A stretch of DNA of 64,000 nucleotides from a virus, in IMG/VR virus record IMGVR_UViG_3300027754_000047, positions 32,001 through 96,000 of that record; one strand, written 5' to 3'. Positions within the stretch are counted from its first letter, which is position 1; each line of letters opens with the position of its first letter. The position numbers were made by a program, and so were the translations under genes. The notes below the pieces were generated by a model that was not told the DNA's origin, ran no database searches, and saw only the letters and a program-made list of their open reading frames with translations. Below, piece after piece: positions 23,720 to 33,044 of the stretch.

Positions 23720-24955
23720 TTAGTCAACTTTTAAGGTGGTACCATAAGGAGCCACCACTGTACTGTTCATTACCCAAATTACATCGACATCCGGCTTAGC
23801 GCCGAAATCTCCGTACCCGTCGGTAAACATCACTACAACGTCTACATCTATTTTCTTATCTTTGATGTGTTGCATGACTGGAACAAAGGAGGTACCTCCA
23901 CCGCCTGTAACTGCTGGAATGGGTTCGTACGGCTTGACCCAGGTGGCCTTATGTACCGAATAGTCACACTCAATCAAATACAGATCCACCTTGTACAACC
24001 GTCGGATGGTATCCATTTCCGATATACCTGCTGCAATATCCTTGGGGCTCATAGATCCAGAAGTATCTATTGAGAATGCCAGTTTTGGCTTCTTTGCTCC
24101 AATACGACTAGTCAAGATAATGTCTTGGTAGAGGTAGCGTCTATTAGGTGGGGTAAAAGTGTGTCTATTACCTCGAGCTTGGCAAAAACGCTGCCGCAGG
24201 TAATAAGCCAAAACATCCTTCCAAGGAACCTTAGAAGTGTTAAGATTATCCACCATACGCTGCATAAATCCGGGGCAGTTACCAGCAAGTATACTTCTTG
24301 TAGCTGCTTCTAAGCCGGCTTCGGCCCATTCTTTTGCTCCTGCTGGAGCGTCTTCTGATCTTGGGCGCACGGCGACTCCTCCGTCGGTACCGTCGCTGCC
24401 ACCACAACCGCCTGAACTTCCTACCATGTCTCCTGCCTCGCCGTCAAAGGTTTTATATACTTTACCTTTACCTTGAGCCATTAGCCGATCGTATACTTCT
24501 TCAATGGTGATTTCTTCTGGTGTAACTATATTAAACTTTTGGGCTGTGCAGTAGTCTGTAAGGTCTAGTCTAATACCCTTATTAACAAAATGCCCATCTA
24601 GCATGTTATTGATTAAGATGTCCCCTGCAATGTTCCACACAAGTGGATCCCGGGCTCCTCTACGAGAAAAGTGCCCCAATAACAAATGCATTACTTCGTG
24701 GGCTAATACAAAATGCGTCATGCTTTCCGAGCAATTACTTATAAACTTTTCGTTGAAAGAAATGTCCCCTGCTGCATTTACGCAAGCCGTAGTGCAAGAG
24801 CTGTCGGCAGGAATTACCCGCATATTACATTTCTCTAACAAGAAAGCCCAGAACGGAAACTCTTGGTACATCTTGAACATGGTTTTGGTTAACTGCTTTT
24901 TAACCTGTTCTATGTTTACAGTAAGCTGAGTAGGTGTAACTGCGCCTGTTGTCAT
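23720..24955 (-). CDS. Metallopeptidase-like + vWA domain protein (DUF2201-type)
   Basis: HEVMH zincin motif, WNIAGDILIN, MIDAS IDTSGSMS, GGGGTSF, FTDGYG. Confidence 0.88.
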   Translation of the reverse strand: MTTGAVTPTQLTVNIEQVKKQLTKTMFKMYQEFPFWAFLLEKCNMRVIPADSSCTTACVNAAGDISFNEKFISNCSESMTHFVLAHEVMHLLLGHFSRRGARDPLVWNIAGDILINNMLDGHFVNKGIRLDLTDYCTAQKFNIVTPEEITIEEVYDRLMAQGKGKVYKTFDGEAGDMVGSSGGCGGSDGTDGGVAVRPRSEDAPAGAKEWAEAGLEAATRSILAGNCPGFMQRMVDNLNTSKVPWKDVLAYYLRQRFCQARGNRHTFTPPNRRYLYQDIILTSRIGAKKPKLAFSIDTSGSMSPKDIAAGISEMDTIRRLYKVDLYLIECDYSVHKATWVKPYEPIPAVTGGGGTSFVPVMQHIKDKKIDVDVVVMFTDGYGDFGAKPDVDVIWVMNSTVVAPYGTTLKVD

Positions 24956-25977
24956 TAAAGTACCTCAAATGGGGCCAACAAAGCTTTGTGCTTAGTGAGC
25001 CATTCTTTTGCTTCTGCTGATCGCATAACAGCCAGCATATATTTTTCATTTTGCTGGGAAAGTAGGCCTCCAAAGTACAACGAAGAAATCTCTGGGCGAA
25101 TGCTTAGCATAACTTTTGCCGCCTTACCGATTAAGGCAGGAGATTTAATAGCTCGGAAAAGCAAGTTAGACACCACTGCGTAGGTAAGCGATAGTTTATT
25201 CGGTCCATCTTCATACGTGGCAGTGCCGTCCAAAAGCTTATCAATGTCTGGGAGCAGCTTAACCTCATTGCAGTATTGCATAAACCAATTGGATGCACCT
25301 TTGCCCACAGCTCCTTCTATTGCAGCTCTGTCCATGATTCCATGCTTGAGCAACCGAGACACCATTGTCCAACCTCTAGGAGTAGGAAAATTGCCATACT
25401 CGTCTGTTGGGTCTGAGTAAAGGTGTTGCCCGGTGGTGCTGGCCATAAAGCCCAGTACGTGCTCATGGATGTCGTGGCCAATTGCCCAGTTACGCCATTG
25501 ATCAAATTCTGCATTCATTTCTAAGATAACAAAGCGGTTACGCAACGGAGCACTCAGCGGATTAACGTGAGCTTTGTGGCCGGACTTGTTACCACAAGCC
25601 ACGATCCACCAACCATCCCCTAGCTTATGTGGCCCGCAGCGACGGTCCAGGATGAATTGCAATGCTGCATTTTGAACAGACGGATCTGCCGTATTCAACT
25701 CGTCAAAAAGGATAATTCCCTTGCCGTCCTTAGGCAAGAAGTCAGGCTTAGCCCACTCAACGTTAAACTCTGAGCCATCTCCCTTGCGGTTGATAACAGG
25801 TAAGCCTCGCATATCAACAGGCTCTAACATGCTTAAGCGCACGTCTTTTACCTCGTCGCCACCTGCGACTTGTTTAATGATCTCGGATTTTCCAATCCCG
25901 GGGCCGCCAAATATTAAAAGCGGAATATTTGCTGTGCGGTATTCTTTAAGGGTTTCGATGTAATTCTTAGTAGCCAT
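24955..25977 (-). CDS. MoxR-like AAA+ ATPase, partner of the vWA protein
   Basis: GGPGIGKS, ILFDELN, LSAPLRNRF, FPTPRGW. Confidence 0.88.
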   Translation of the reverse strand: MATKNYIETLKEYRTANIPLLIFGGPGIGKSEIIKQVAGGDEVKDVRLSMLEPVDMRGLPVINRKGDGSEFNVEWAKPDFLPKDGKGIILFDELNTADPSVQNAALQFILDRRCGPHKLGDGWWIVACGNKSGHKAHVNPLSAPLRNRFVILEMNAEFDQWRNWAIGHDIHEHVLGFMASTTGQHLYSDPTDEYGNFPTPRGWTMVSRLLKHGIMDRAAIEGAVGKGASNWFMQYCNEVKLLPDIDKLLDGTATYEDGPNKLSLTYAVVSNLLFRAIKSPALIGKAAKVMLSIRPEISSLYFGGLLSQQNEKYMLAVMRSAEAKEWLTKHKALLAPFEVL

Positions 25978-26002
25978 AGTAAAATCAAAATCATTTCTTT
26001 AG

Positions 26003-26257
26003 TTAGTTAGTGTCCGGATAGTATGCAATATGGGATTGAGGAGTCCAAGCGCTAACGGGAATTACGTCGCCTTGAATGCACAAAAAGAAACAGTTGGCTG
26101 AATTGCCTTTCTTGCCTTCGTACAACAATACGAAGGCCTTTACCGCATCTATAGATTCAAAATCTATTACTTCAGGGGCATCGGCAGAGTCCGATATCTT
26201 GATCAGCTTATATGGGGTATTAATTGGAGCTGTAATTGGAGTTTTTTCTTTAGCCAT
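26003..26257 (-). CDS. Hypothetical protein
   Basis: 84 aa ORF in operon. Confidence 0.6.
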   Translation of the reverse strand: MAKEKTPITAPINTPYKLIKISDSADAPEVIDFESIDAVKAFVLLYEGKKGNSANCFFLCIQGDVIPVSAWTPQSHIAYYPDTN

Positions 26258-26699
26258 TGGAGCCTACCTCTTCAAGTTCAGGTTCCAAGGGCACACCTGC
26301 AACTTCAGCCAATATGAACTCACAGGAATTTAGGTAGCTGTTGGTATGAGCAACTTGACTCAAGAGTTGACTGATAGGACTAGGGTTTCGTGTGTTGTTA
26401 TAGGCTTGCAGTTCCAGGAATTGTTTGCCTATTTCGTCTTTTAACTCTATACCGGTGGTTGAGTCGTGCTTGCCATACTTGTACGCATTGGCGTGAAAGA
26501 AGCTTGGCTCCATTACTGCCATGCCAAATAGATTAGTTATGCGGTTTATGTGGTTTAAGTTTATGTCTGTATTTGATCCTGCAATTATCCGCTCAAAGGT
26601 ACCGGGATCTATTACAAATATCCTCATTAATTCTGGTTCACTAAAGACTCTTGTTGCTACAAGGCAACGTATAAAACTACTACAATAGGCCGTAATCAT
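26250..26699 (-). CDS. Hypothetical protein
   Basis: 149 aa ORF, GGAG upstream. Confidence 0.65.
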   Translation of the reverse strand: MITAYCSSFIRCLVATRVFSEPELMRIFVIDPGTFERIIAGSNTDINLNHINRITNLFGMAVMEPSFFHANAYKYGKHDSTTGIELKDEIGKQFLELQAYNNTRNPSPISQLLSQVAHTNSYLNSCEFILAEVAGVPLEPELEEVGSNG

Positions 26700-26750
26700 G
26701 GTTGCTCCGTTTAATTACTAAATTTATTACTTAAGTTTGATACATAAAGT

Positions 26751-26772
26751 AGGGGCCCCCATGGGGGCCCCT
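26751..26772 (-). terminator. GC-rich hairpin, probable terminator
   Basis: aggggcccccatgggggcccct palindrome downstream of ORF 26797-27954. Confidence 0.55.
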
Positions 26773-26796
26773 TATGTTTATCAAAGGCAAGACCTT

Positions 26797-27954
26797 TTAC
26801 AGTCCGCCACGTAGCCCCGGGTGAGTGTCCTTTACCTTTAGCGACTTTGGAAAGTTCCAATCAGAGCTGCCACTGCCACCCGCAGCTTTAGGCTCTACCA
26901 AAACCGACTCTTGCCTCTGAGTCGGTTTTGGTGTACTTTCTACGCTAGAGATATGGGTACCCAAAGAGTCCATAGCTGCCCATGCCGATGAGTCTGAATG
27001 AAAGCTGTCCACTGCCCTCGCGGCAATGAACACATCATATGGAGGAACTTGCAAGACTGCCTCCATATTATTCGGACTAATCGCCCAAGAGGGCGCTAAC
27101 GGCGTAGGTGTGCTACGCTTTTTCATGACGTACTTGACCGCTGCTGCCACTCCCAGCATTCCCGTAGGATCTGCAGCAATCTCCTGCTGCAGTGCTCGGA
27201 ATCGGGCGGGATTATCTTGATAGATGATTTCATACATGGCTTCCTCGCAACAACCCATTGTGCGATAAGCCCTTAACACATGCATCCCTGTTGCCTTTGC
27301 AGTCATCTCTTTGAATCTGCGAAACGCTATCGTGCCGCTAGGGCCATTGCCCGTTACCATGGCAAGCATCAACTTTGACCCCCAGCTGTCAAAGTCTGGA
27401 TCAACTTCAAACGGCACCCACACAACGGGTTCGTTTAACTGAAACGAACCGTAATCTTTTACAAGTGCAATTTTATGGAATCGATGAACTGCCGCTTGCA
27501 TAGGCGTAAGATTTTTGTTGATGTACCATACCTCGGCAAAACTTTTTGGCGCACTCTCGGCCATCATTTCCAAGTCTAACGAAGTTATCAACGCTCCGCG
27601 ATAGTGCCAGCTACCGCCTTGAAAAGCACTAATTTCAAGCTCTTCTTTTGCCGGCTTCCACGTTGTGTGGAATCCTTTATTACTATCGGGCACCAACGTG
27701 AGTTGGTGGTTTTCTACTACCCTCTGGTCGTCCGAGCCGTACAGCAGGGTAGAAACCATCAGATCCAGCTGACCAAAGGTTAGCCCGTAGTGTGGACGTT
27801 TATCTCCTTTAAGTTGATTGAGGCCTCCATAGCCCCTAGTTTTTATCGTCCTTGTACTCGTTATCGGCATCCATGCTCTCCTAATTGAAAAACCCAGTAT
27901 CCATGGGATGGTACTGGGTGCTGTTGTGGACCCTGTTTCCATATGTACGTACAT
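26797..27954 (-). CDS. Hypothetical protein (start uncertain)
   Basis: 385 aa ORF; AGGAGAG precedes the internal ATG of MPITS. Confidence 0.7.
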   Translation of the reverse strand: MYVHMETGSTTAPSTIPWILGFSIRRAWMPITSTRTIKTRGYGGLNQLKGDKRPHYGLTFGQLDLMVSTLLYGSDDQRVVENHQLTLVPDSNKGFHTTWKPAKEELEISAFQGGSWHYRGALITSLDLEMMAESAPKSFAEVWYINKNLTPMQAAVHRFHKIALVKDYGSFQLNEPVVWVPFEVDPDFDSWGSKLMLAMVTGNGPSGTIAFRRFKEMTAKATGMHVLRAYRTMGCCEEAMYEIIYQDNPARFRALQQEIAADPTGMLGVAAAVKYVMKKRSTPTPLAPSWAISPNNMEAVLQVPPYDVFIAARAVDSFHSDSSAWAAMDSLGTHISSVESTPKPTQRQESVLVEPKAAGGSGSSDWNFPKSLKVKDTHPGLRGGL

Positions 27955-27997
27955 ATTGAAATACCACTAAGTATGTTAACGCAGGTATGCGGCTTAT

Positions 27998-28252
27998 TTA
28001 GCTGCTATCTATGTCCAGTTTTCGGCGTTCGCCCAGGTCTTCAAGGGTCAATTTGCCGTTGTCGGTTACCTTTAAGCGGTAGTAGCCTAAAAGTTTTCCT
28101 TTATTAGTAGTGGTACTAAGGACCAAAGCCAAAGCGTTACGGGCTTTACCGTAAAAAGCAGGCTCAACGGTAATAATGGCACCTCCTTCCCCTTGCGGGG
28201 AAAAGGAGGTGACAGCTTCCATAGGATCAGGTTCGTGTACTAATACTCTCAT
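27998..28252 (-). CDS. Hypothetical protein
   Basis: 84 aa ORF, ATGA overlap with upstream gene. Confidence 0.65.
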   Translation of the reverse strand: MRVLVHEPDPMEAVTSFSPQGEGGAIITVEPAFYGKARNALALVLSTTTNKGKLLGYYRLKVTDNGKLTLEDLGERRKLDIDSS

Positions 28253-28899
28253 GAATTAGCCCTCATTTGTTTAAATAAGGCTAAAGCTTCCCCTGAGCCT
28301 GGGCCATTTTTAGCCACGTAGGTGCAGTGAAACGGAGGGCCGTTCTTAGTGTTTAAATACAACCTACCTGCAGGATTAGATGGTAGAAAAAAGGAGATAG
28401 TGATGAAGTCCTTTATTCCTACCAACTGCCTAAGCTGCAGTTTTACGGGATCTCGGACTAAAATAGCTTCTTCTTCACAGCCGTATAGAATCTTATTGCC
28501 TTCTTTATCTGTAGCCATCCATTTAGCGTTGTTTAGCCAACTACTAAAGCCTGCCCATTGATCGTGGGGTACTCCTTGTAAGTAACGACTCCAACCCGGT
28601 TCTGGTGGAATAAAGCCTTCAGGAGCTTCTACGTCTTCTATAAGCAAAGAACTAGGCAGTTCAAAATTAACAACGTCTAAAGGCAAGTTGAACTCACTAG
28701 CGTAAAGTTCAAACAGGTTAATAGGGATCCGTAAATACATATGCATAGTATTTACAAAAGCAAAGTGATACTGAACTTGATACGACATTAAGTCTGTATC
28801 AAGGCGTATGGTAGTTTCTTTAATTAAATCGCCACCCCTAGGGGTGATAATTTTCGTAGGTTGAAACAGCCTTAGTTTTGTAGGATCTGCAGATTCCAT
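28249..28899 (-). CDS. Hypothetical protein
   Basis: 216 aa ORF. Confidence 0.7.
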   Translation of the reverse strand: MESADPTKLRLFQPTKIITPRGGDLIKETTIRLDTDLMSYQVQYHFAFVNTMHMYLRIPINLFELYASEFNLPLDVVNFELPSSLLIEDVEAPEGFIPPEPGWSRYLQGVPHDQWAGFSSWLNNAKWMATDKEGNKILYGCEEEAILVRDPVKLQLRQLVGIKDFITISFFLPSNPAGRLYLNTKNGPPFHCTYVAKNGPGSGEALALFKQMRANS

Positions 28900-28906
28900 A
28901 AGTACC

Positions 28907-29263
28907 TCATTCTACTCCCAGGCTAGGAGTGCTGCTGCCGCTCTTTGCAGCAGCTGCCATAGCTGCTGGGGCTTCCGCTTCTGCTGCTGCTGCTTCTGCT
29001 TCTGCTTCTTGCTGAGCCTTAAGCAAGATTAATTGAATGTTGTTATGAATAACTCGTAAAGAGCCTAAAGTATCCGATGCGTCTTCGCCGTTAAGAATAA
29101 AGCCTTGACTGCTGTCGTGGACAATTCCGGTAATGGTGCGCACCTTAGTGGTAATCTTCACCTCCAACAAATCGCTGCCCCCATTAGGGTTAGGGAGTCG
29201 GGTAAATGTTGTGCTTTCGTTGAGCAGGGCGATCTTTGGGGGGGTTTGTTGCGTTTGGGTCAT
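28907..29263 (-). CDS. Hypothetical protein, Ala-rich tail
   Basis: 118 aa ORF. Confidence 0.6.
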   Translation of the reverse strand: MTQTQQTPPKIALLNESTTFTRLPNPNGGSDLLEVKITTKVRTITGIVHDSSQGFILNGEDASDTLGSLRVIHNNIQLILLKAQQEAEAEAAAAEAEAPAAMAAAAKSGSSTPSLGVE

Positions 29264-29828
29264 AACCTTTTAATTCCTTGTAACTTGGAGTAAATCTTGC
29301 CGCCATATACACAGATAAGGCGTCATACACGTGTTCGTTTAAGCCTGCGAGTTCTTGGCCTCGTTTGCCCTTTATCCATCCTGTGAAGTCCGGGAATACT
29401 AATTTTACAGCATCTCGGACTTCATGCTTAGTAGCTAGTTTATTACCGGTTGCAGCGGCCTTCGCCTCAAAAGGGGTAACTAGTGTAGCCTTTATGTTTA
29501 AGCCTTGTAAGCAAGCACAAGCGGCCCCTCTTGCCACTGCCATACTTCTTGCAGCGCTGGCGGACTTAGATCCGCCAGTAGGGCATTCTATAAATATATG
29601 TGCCGGTTGGTGAAGCCTAACGGCATCAGCTATACCTACGGTTAGTTCGGTAGTGCGCCGCCATTCATCTGCAGATACCTTGATCCGACTGCTTTTAGCT
29701 TTTTCTGTGTGAATGGTATGGACGTGTAATAATTCGTCCACTCCTCCTGGATTAATACGAAGTACAGCAATACCTGTATTGGCTAAGGCTAGATCAAGGC
29801 ATACCACAATGGAAGGGCTTAATTGCAT
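29190..29828 (-). CDS. ruvC: RuvC-like Holliday junction resolvase
   Basis: CLDLALANTGIAV, IFIE, VTPFEAKAAATGNKLATK, HVYDAL. Confidence 0.85.
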   Translation of the reverse strand: MQLSPSIVVCLDLALANTGIAVLRINPGGVDELLHVHTIHTEKAKSSRIKVSADEWRRTTELTVGIADAVRLHQPAHIFIECPTGGSKSASAARSMAVARGAACACLQGLNIKATLVTPFEAKAAATGNKLATKHEVRDAVKLVFPDFTGWIKGKRGQELAGLNEHVYDALSVYMAARFTPSYKELKGYDPNATNPPKDRPAQRKHNIYPTP

Positions 29829-30299
29829 TTACTTATTGTTGTCGTCTTCAGCTTCGTTGTCAAGTTTGAAGTCAGTGTCTTTGAAAGGATTTATGTTGTT
29901 ATTAGGATCCGCTAAGAAAAACTTACTCATAATATCCTTGAAGTCACCTTTCTCTTTATCGTTAAGAGTAACTGTGTTCCAAGCAGCCGGACCGTATGGG
30001 CCAAAGAAATGAATCGGATTTGTTGTTTGAATCTTAATGGTCTTTTCTTCAACCGGAGGCACTAAAATCCTGGCAAACTCCATTAAGGCCAAAGGATGCA
30101 CCGCCCCGTACAGTACCGATGGAATTAAAGACACCCATTCTTCCATTTCATTTAACTCAAATCCCACATACACCTTAGTAGGACCTAGTTGTTTTACATT
30201 TAGAATAACGCCGAGGATGCCCTCTTCGTTAATAGCAAGTTTATGCTTTACCAGCTCGTCAGTTAGTTCGCCGGCTAGGTAGTACTTAGGTTGAGTCAT
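29829..30299 (-). CDS. Hypothetical protein
   Basis: 156 aa ORF. Confidence 0.65.
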   Translation of the reverse strand: MTQPKYYLAGELTDELVKHKLAINEEGILGVILNVKQLGPTKVYVGFELNEMEEWVSLIPSVLYGAVHPLALMEFARILVPPVEEKTIKIQTTNPIHFFGPYGPAAWNTVTLNDKEKGDFKDIMSKFFLADPNNNINPFKDTDFKLDNEAEDDNNK

Positions 30300-30799
30300 G
30301 TTAGTCCTTTGTGTAAAGTTCTAAGTGCTGTTTCTGCAGCAGTGTTAATAGGTGAATCCATGTATTGCTTTATGTTGCTAATACGAGCGGTGGCTGCTTG
30401 ATGCCAAATACGCAACAACACGTCTGCTAGGTTCTTTAAGACCCACGTGCGAGCTTGCCAAGAAAGACTTACAAAGCCAGAAGCTAAATAGGCTTCTTCG
30501 ATATGAATGTGGCTAAGGCCGTCCCGAGACAAGATATAGCGTAAGGCAGTTACTGCTCGAGCCATCTCTTCTTCTGAAATGTTGAGGGTCTTAGTAGCTA
30601 CCTCAGTATCCATGGTTTGAATCAACGTACACATACCTACAAACGCCCCAGGAACACAGTTAAGAATGTCGTGCTCTGGTACATATGAATCGTTTACTGT
30701 CCTGGACCCTATCGGATTGATGGACAACATATTCCTAGGGTCAAACGGCAGCGGAACATTAACTGGTACCGCTAAACTTCTTCGAAAATCTTCTGACAT
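30296..30799 (-). CDS. Hypothetical protein
   Basis: 167 aa ORF. Confidence 0.65.
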   Translation of the reverse strand: MSEDFRRSLAVPVNVPLPFDPRNMLSINPIGSRTVNDSYVPEHDILNCVPGAFVGMCTLIQTMDTEVATKTLNISEEEMARAVTALRYILSRDGLSHIHIEEAYLASGFVSLSWQARTWVLKNLADVLLRIWHQAATARISNIKQYMDSPINTAAETALRTLHKGLT

Positions 30800-31701
30800 A
30801 AGTTTTTACCTCTAATGGTTAGTTCTGTGACTAAGGTTTTCATATCCCTACACGCTGCTACAGGGCGTGTAGCTCTGTAGCATTCATCATAGCCAAGTTT
30901 ACACTCTTGACAAGTTGTTGGTAAATTTCTTACACAAGGTTGCATACGTTCTAGCATTAGCTTCTTGTTGTATTGCTTTTGCTTAGGACTCGTCTTAAGC
31001 CAACTTACCAGTTCTGAGTCTACGTTATTTATGATTCTTTTGTATTTAGCGCCAGCTTCATAAGAGTAGCCAGGCCTATCGGCGCTAAGGTATACCGTTA
31101 CTTGGCACTGAACGCAACTTCTAATATCTGTTAAACCTTTAATACGCTTGTCTGCTCCCTTACGGGTAGTTCCTAGTATTCTAGATATTCGGCGTAGCCC
31201 TGCTAACGGCATTAAAACGTATACGACAAACCCAGCTGCAGGTCCATCGCTTAATTTTACCTTAGCGTACATGTCTTGGGTGCTGTTATCTCTAACTATG
31301 GCTAGTACAACACCAGGCATCCAACCTAGTTGCTCAGCCCTATTGTTAAATAAACTTACAGCTTGTTGAGTTACTAGCCGTTTATTGCCGGCAATTTGCC
31401 AGGCTAATAGATCTAAAGTTTTTACGTCCATTAAACAAAATAAGAAGTCTTGAGCTAAAGGGCGGACTAGGCTAGTGTCACATTCTAGTACTTCTGCTGC
31501 AACTCTGGTTACAGCCGCTGCAGTACTGGGAGTGATTATTGTTTGATTATACGGTCGGAGCAATCTAAACGCATGTTGGTACAACTCGTAAGCCTTAACG
31601 GGCTGATTGTACCTAGGGGTCTTAGGCGCCTTCCAATTGTCCGCTGTTATGGCTTTACGAGCCGGCCTATTACAGGCTAATACGGTTTTCTGCGGAGGCA
31701 T
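30772..31701 (-). CDS. Hypothetical protein with C-terminal Cys cluster
   Basis: 309 aa ORF; PC..TCQECKLGYDEC. Confidence 0.7.
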   Translation of the reverse strand: MPPQKTVLACNRPARKAITADNWKAPKTPRYNQPVKAYELYQHAFRLLRPYNQTIITPSTAAAVTRVAAEVLECDTSLVRPLAQDFLFCLMDVKTLDLLAWQIAGNKRLVTQQAVSLFNNRAEQLGWMPGVVLAIVRDNSTQDMYAKVKLSDGPAAGFVVYVLMPLAGLRRISRILGTTRKGADKRIKGLTDIRSCVQCQVTVYLSADRPGYSYEAGAKYKRIINNVDSELVSWLKTSPKQKQYNKKLMLERMQPCVRNLPTTCQECKLGYDECYRATRPVAACRDMKTLVTELTIRGKNLCQKIFEEV

Positions 31702-31717
31702 AAGGGCCCTTGCGGGT

Positions 31718-32047
31718 TTATTTCTTTTTATCTTCTAGTACTACTAAGATATCCGTAGAGCGCATAATTAGGTAGTCTGCAGGCATAGGAATCTCCATAC
31801 CTGCAAACGCACTAAACAACACTTCGTCTCCTACCTCAAAGGCAGGCTTAGGACCCTTTAGGTTAGTGCAAGGGCCTATCTTAATGACTGTGCCTCGTTT
31901 AGACTGGAAGTCCTTAGAGTCGTCAATTAATACAATCCCTGCTGCAGTAGCCTTAGGACGCTCCCACTTTCGTAGTACAACCCAGTCTTGTAAGGGTTGA
32001 AACTTCGACAACATTTCCCATTCTTCTAGTCTTAGTGCAATTGACAT
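31718..32047 (-). CDS. groES: Co-chaperonin GroES-like
   Basis: FQPLQDWVVL..TAAGIVL..GTVIKIGP..VGDEVLFSAFAGMEI..YLIMRSTDILVVL. Confidence 0.92.
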   Translation of the reverse strand: MSIALRLEEWEMLSKFQPLQDWVVLRKWERPKATAAGIVLIDDSKDFQSKRGTVIKIGPCTNLKGPKPAFEVGDEVLFSAFAGMEIPMPADYLIMRSTDILVVLEDKKK

Positions 32048-32131
32048 GTTAAATCCATCCGTTAAAGTAAATGATACAATTTGCTAAAAGTATTACTATA
32101 GTTATTGCTTTTAGAAGATTTAGTTTCGAGT

Positions 32132-32584
32132 TCATTTGGCCTGCAATGTAAGGCTGAATACTTCAGCTTTAAGGATTGTATGATCGCCAGGCTTAGGGTC
32201 AGTGCAAGTTGCGGCAGCTGCTCCATCTTCTATTGCTTCTGCTTTATCTTCCGCTTCTTCAGCGGTAGCAAACACTCCTTCAATACACCAATCATCAAAT
32301 GTATTGTAGGCGTAGGTATTAAAGCGAACCACAACTAAGTGTAATACTGCTCCTAGTTTTGCTTCAAAATCTAATTCTAACTCTAACGATTCGTCTGATA
32401 TTTGGGTTGCGGTGAGCCGAAGGGGGTGAAACTCTATGAAAGTTTTATCCCCCTCTATTGCTCCACCGTCGTAGTCCGAATCCCAGTCATCGTCTTCAAT
32501 TTCTAGGTCTACGTCAACTTCGACATCTTCTGCCCCTTCGGTACGGGTTTCAACAAATTTTAAGTAAACAGCACTATAGGTCAT
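32132..32584 (-). CDS. Acidic hypothetical protein
   Basis: 150 aa, very Asp/Glu-rich. Confidence 0.65.
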   Translation of the reverse strand: MTYSAVYLKFVETRTEGAEDVEVDVDLEIEDDDWDSDYDGGAIEGDKTFIEFHPLRLTATQISDESLELELDFEAKLGAVLHLVVVRFNTYAYNTFDDWCIEGVFATAEEAEDKAEAIEDGAAAATCTDPKPGDHTILKAEVFSLTLQAK

Positions 32585-32631
32585 TGTTGGTGTATTTCTG
32601 TTAGTGCTATTTATCGTGTAACCGTTAGGGT

Positions 32632-33024
32632 TTACTTCTTAACCTTAGTAGTAACGGTAGGTTGACCTGAATCAGCCACAAAAACTAACGTTTCGGAAGT
32701 GTTTGTATTAGCTGTGCCTCGGACGTAGCAGATGCCACAAGTAGAAGTAGCGTACAAGGTACCTCCTGCAATGTCCGCCTTGCGGGTAGTTCGGCGGAAA
32801 GAGTTACTAATGGACTCGCCTAGCTTAGGCTCAACCCATGTTTCTTCCGCAAGTACTACCCATCTAAACCCGGTGCTCTCCTCTAGTGTTGTATCTGCTC
32901 CGGCGTCTTTGTCCGCTATTACAGCGGTAAAGGCTGCAACCTCAGTTGGGCTCATATTTGAGCTACTAGGCTTAATAGGAGTGACTGCAATATTACCTGT
33001 GGTGATTCCTTGAAATTGATTCAT
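32632..33024 (-). CDS. Hypothetical protein
   Basis: 130 aa ORF. Confidence 0.6.
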   Translation of the reverse strand: MNQFQGITTGNIAVTPIKPSSSNMSPTEVAAFTAVIADKDAGADTTLEESTGFRWVVLAEETWVEPKLGESISNSFRRTTRKADIAGGTLYATSTCGICYVRGTANTNTSETLVFVADSGQPTVTTKVKK

Positions 33025-33044
33025 TTGCTACTTTCTTTCTGTAA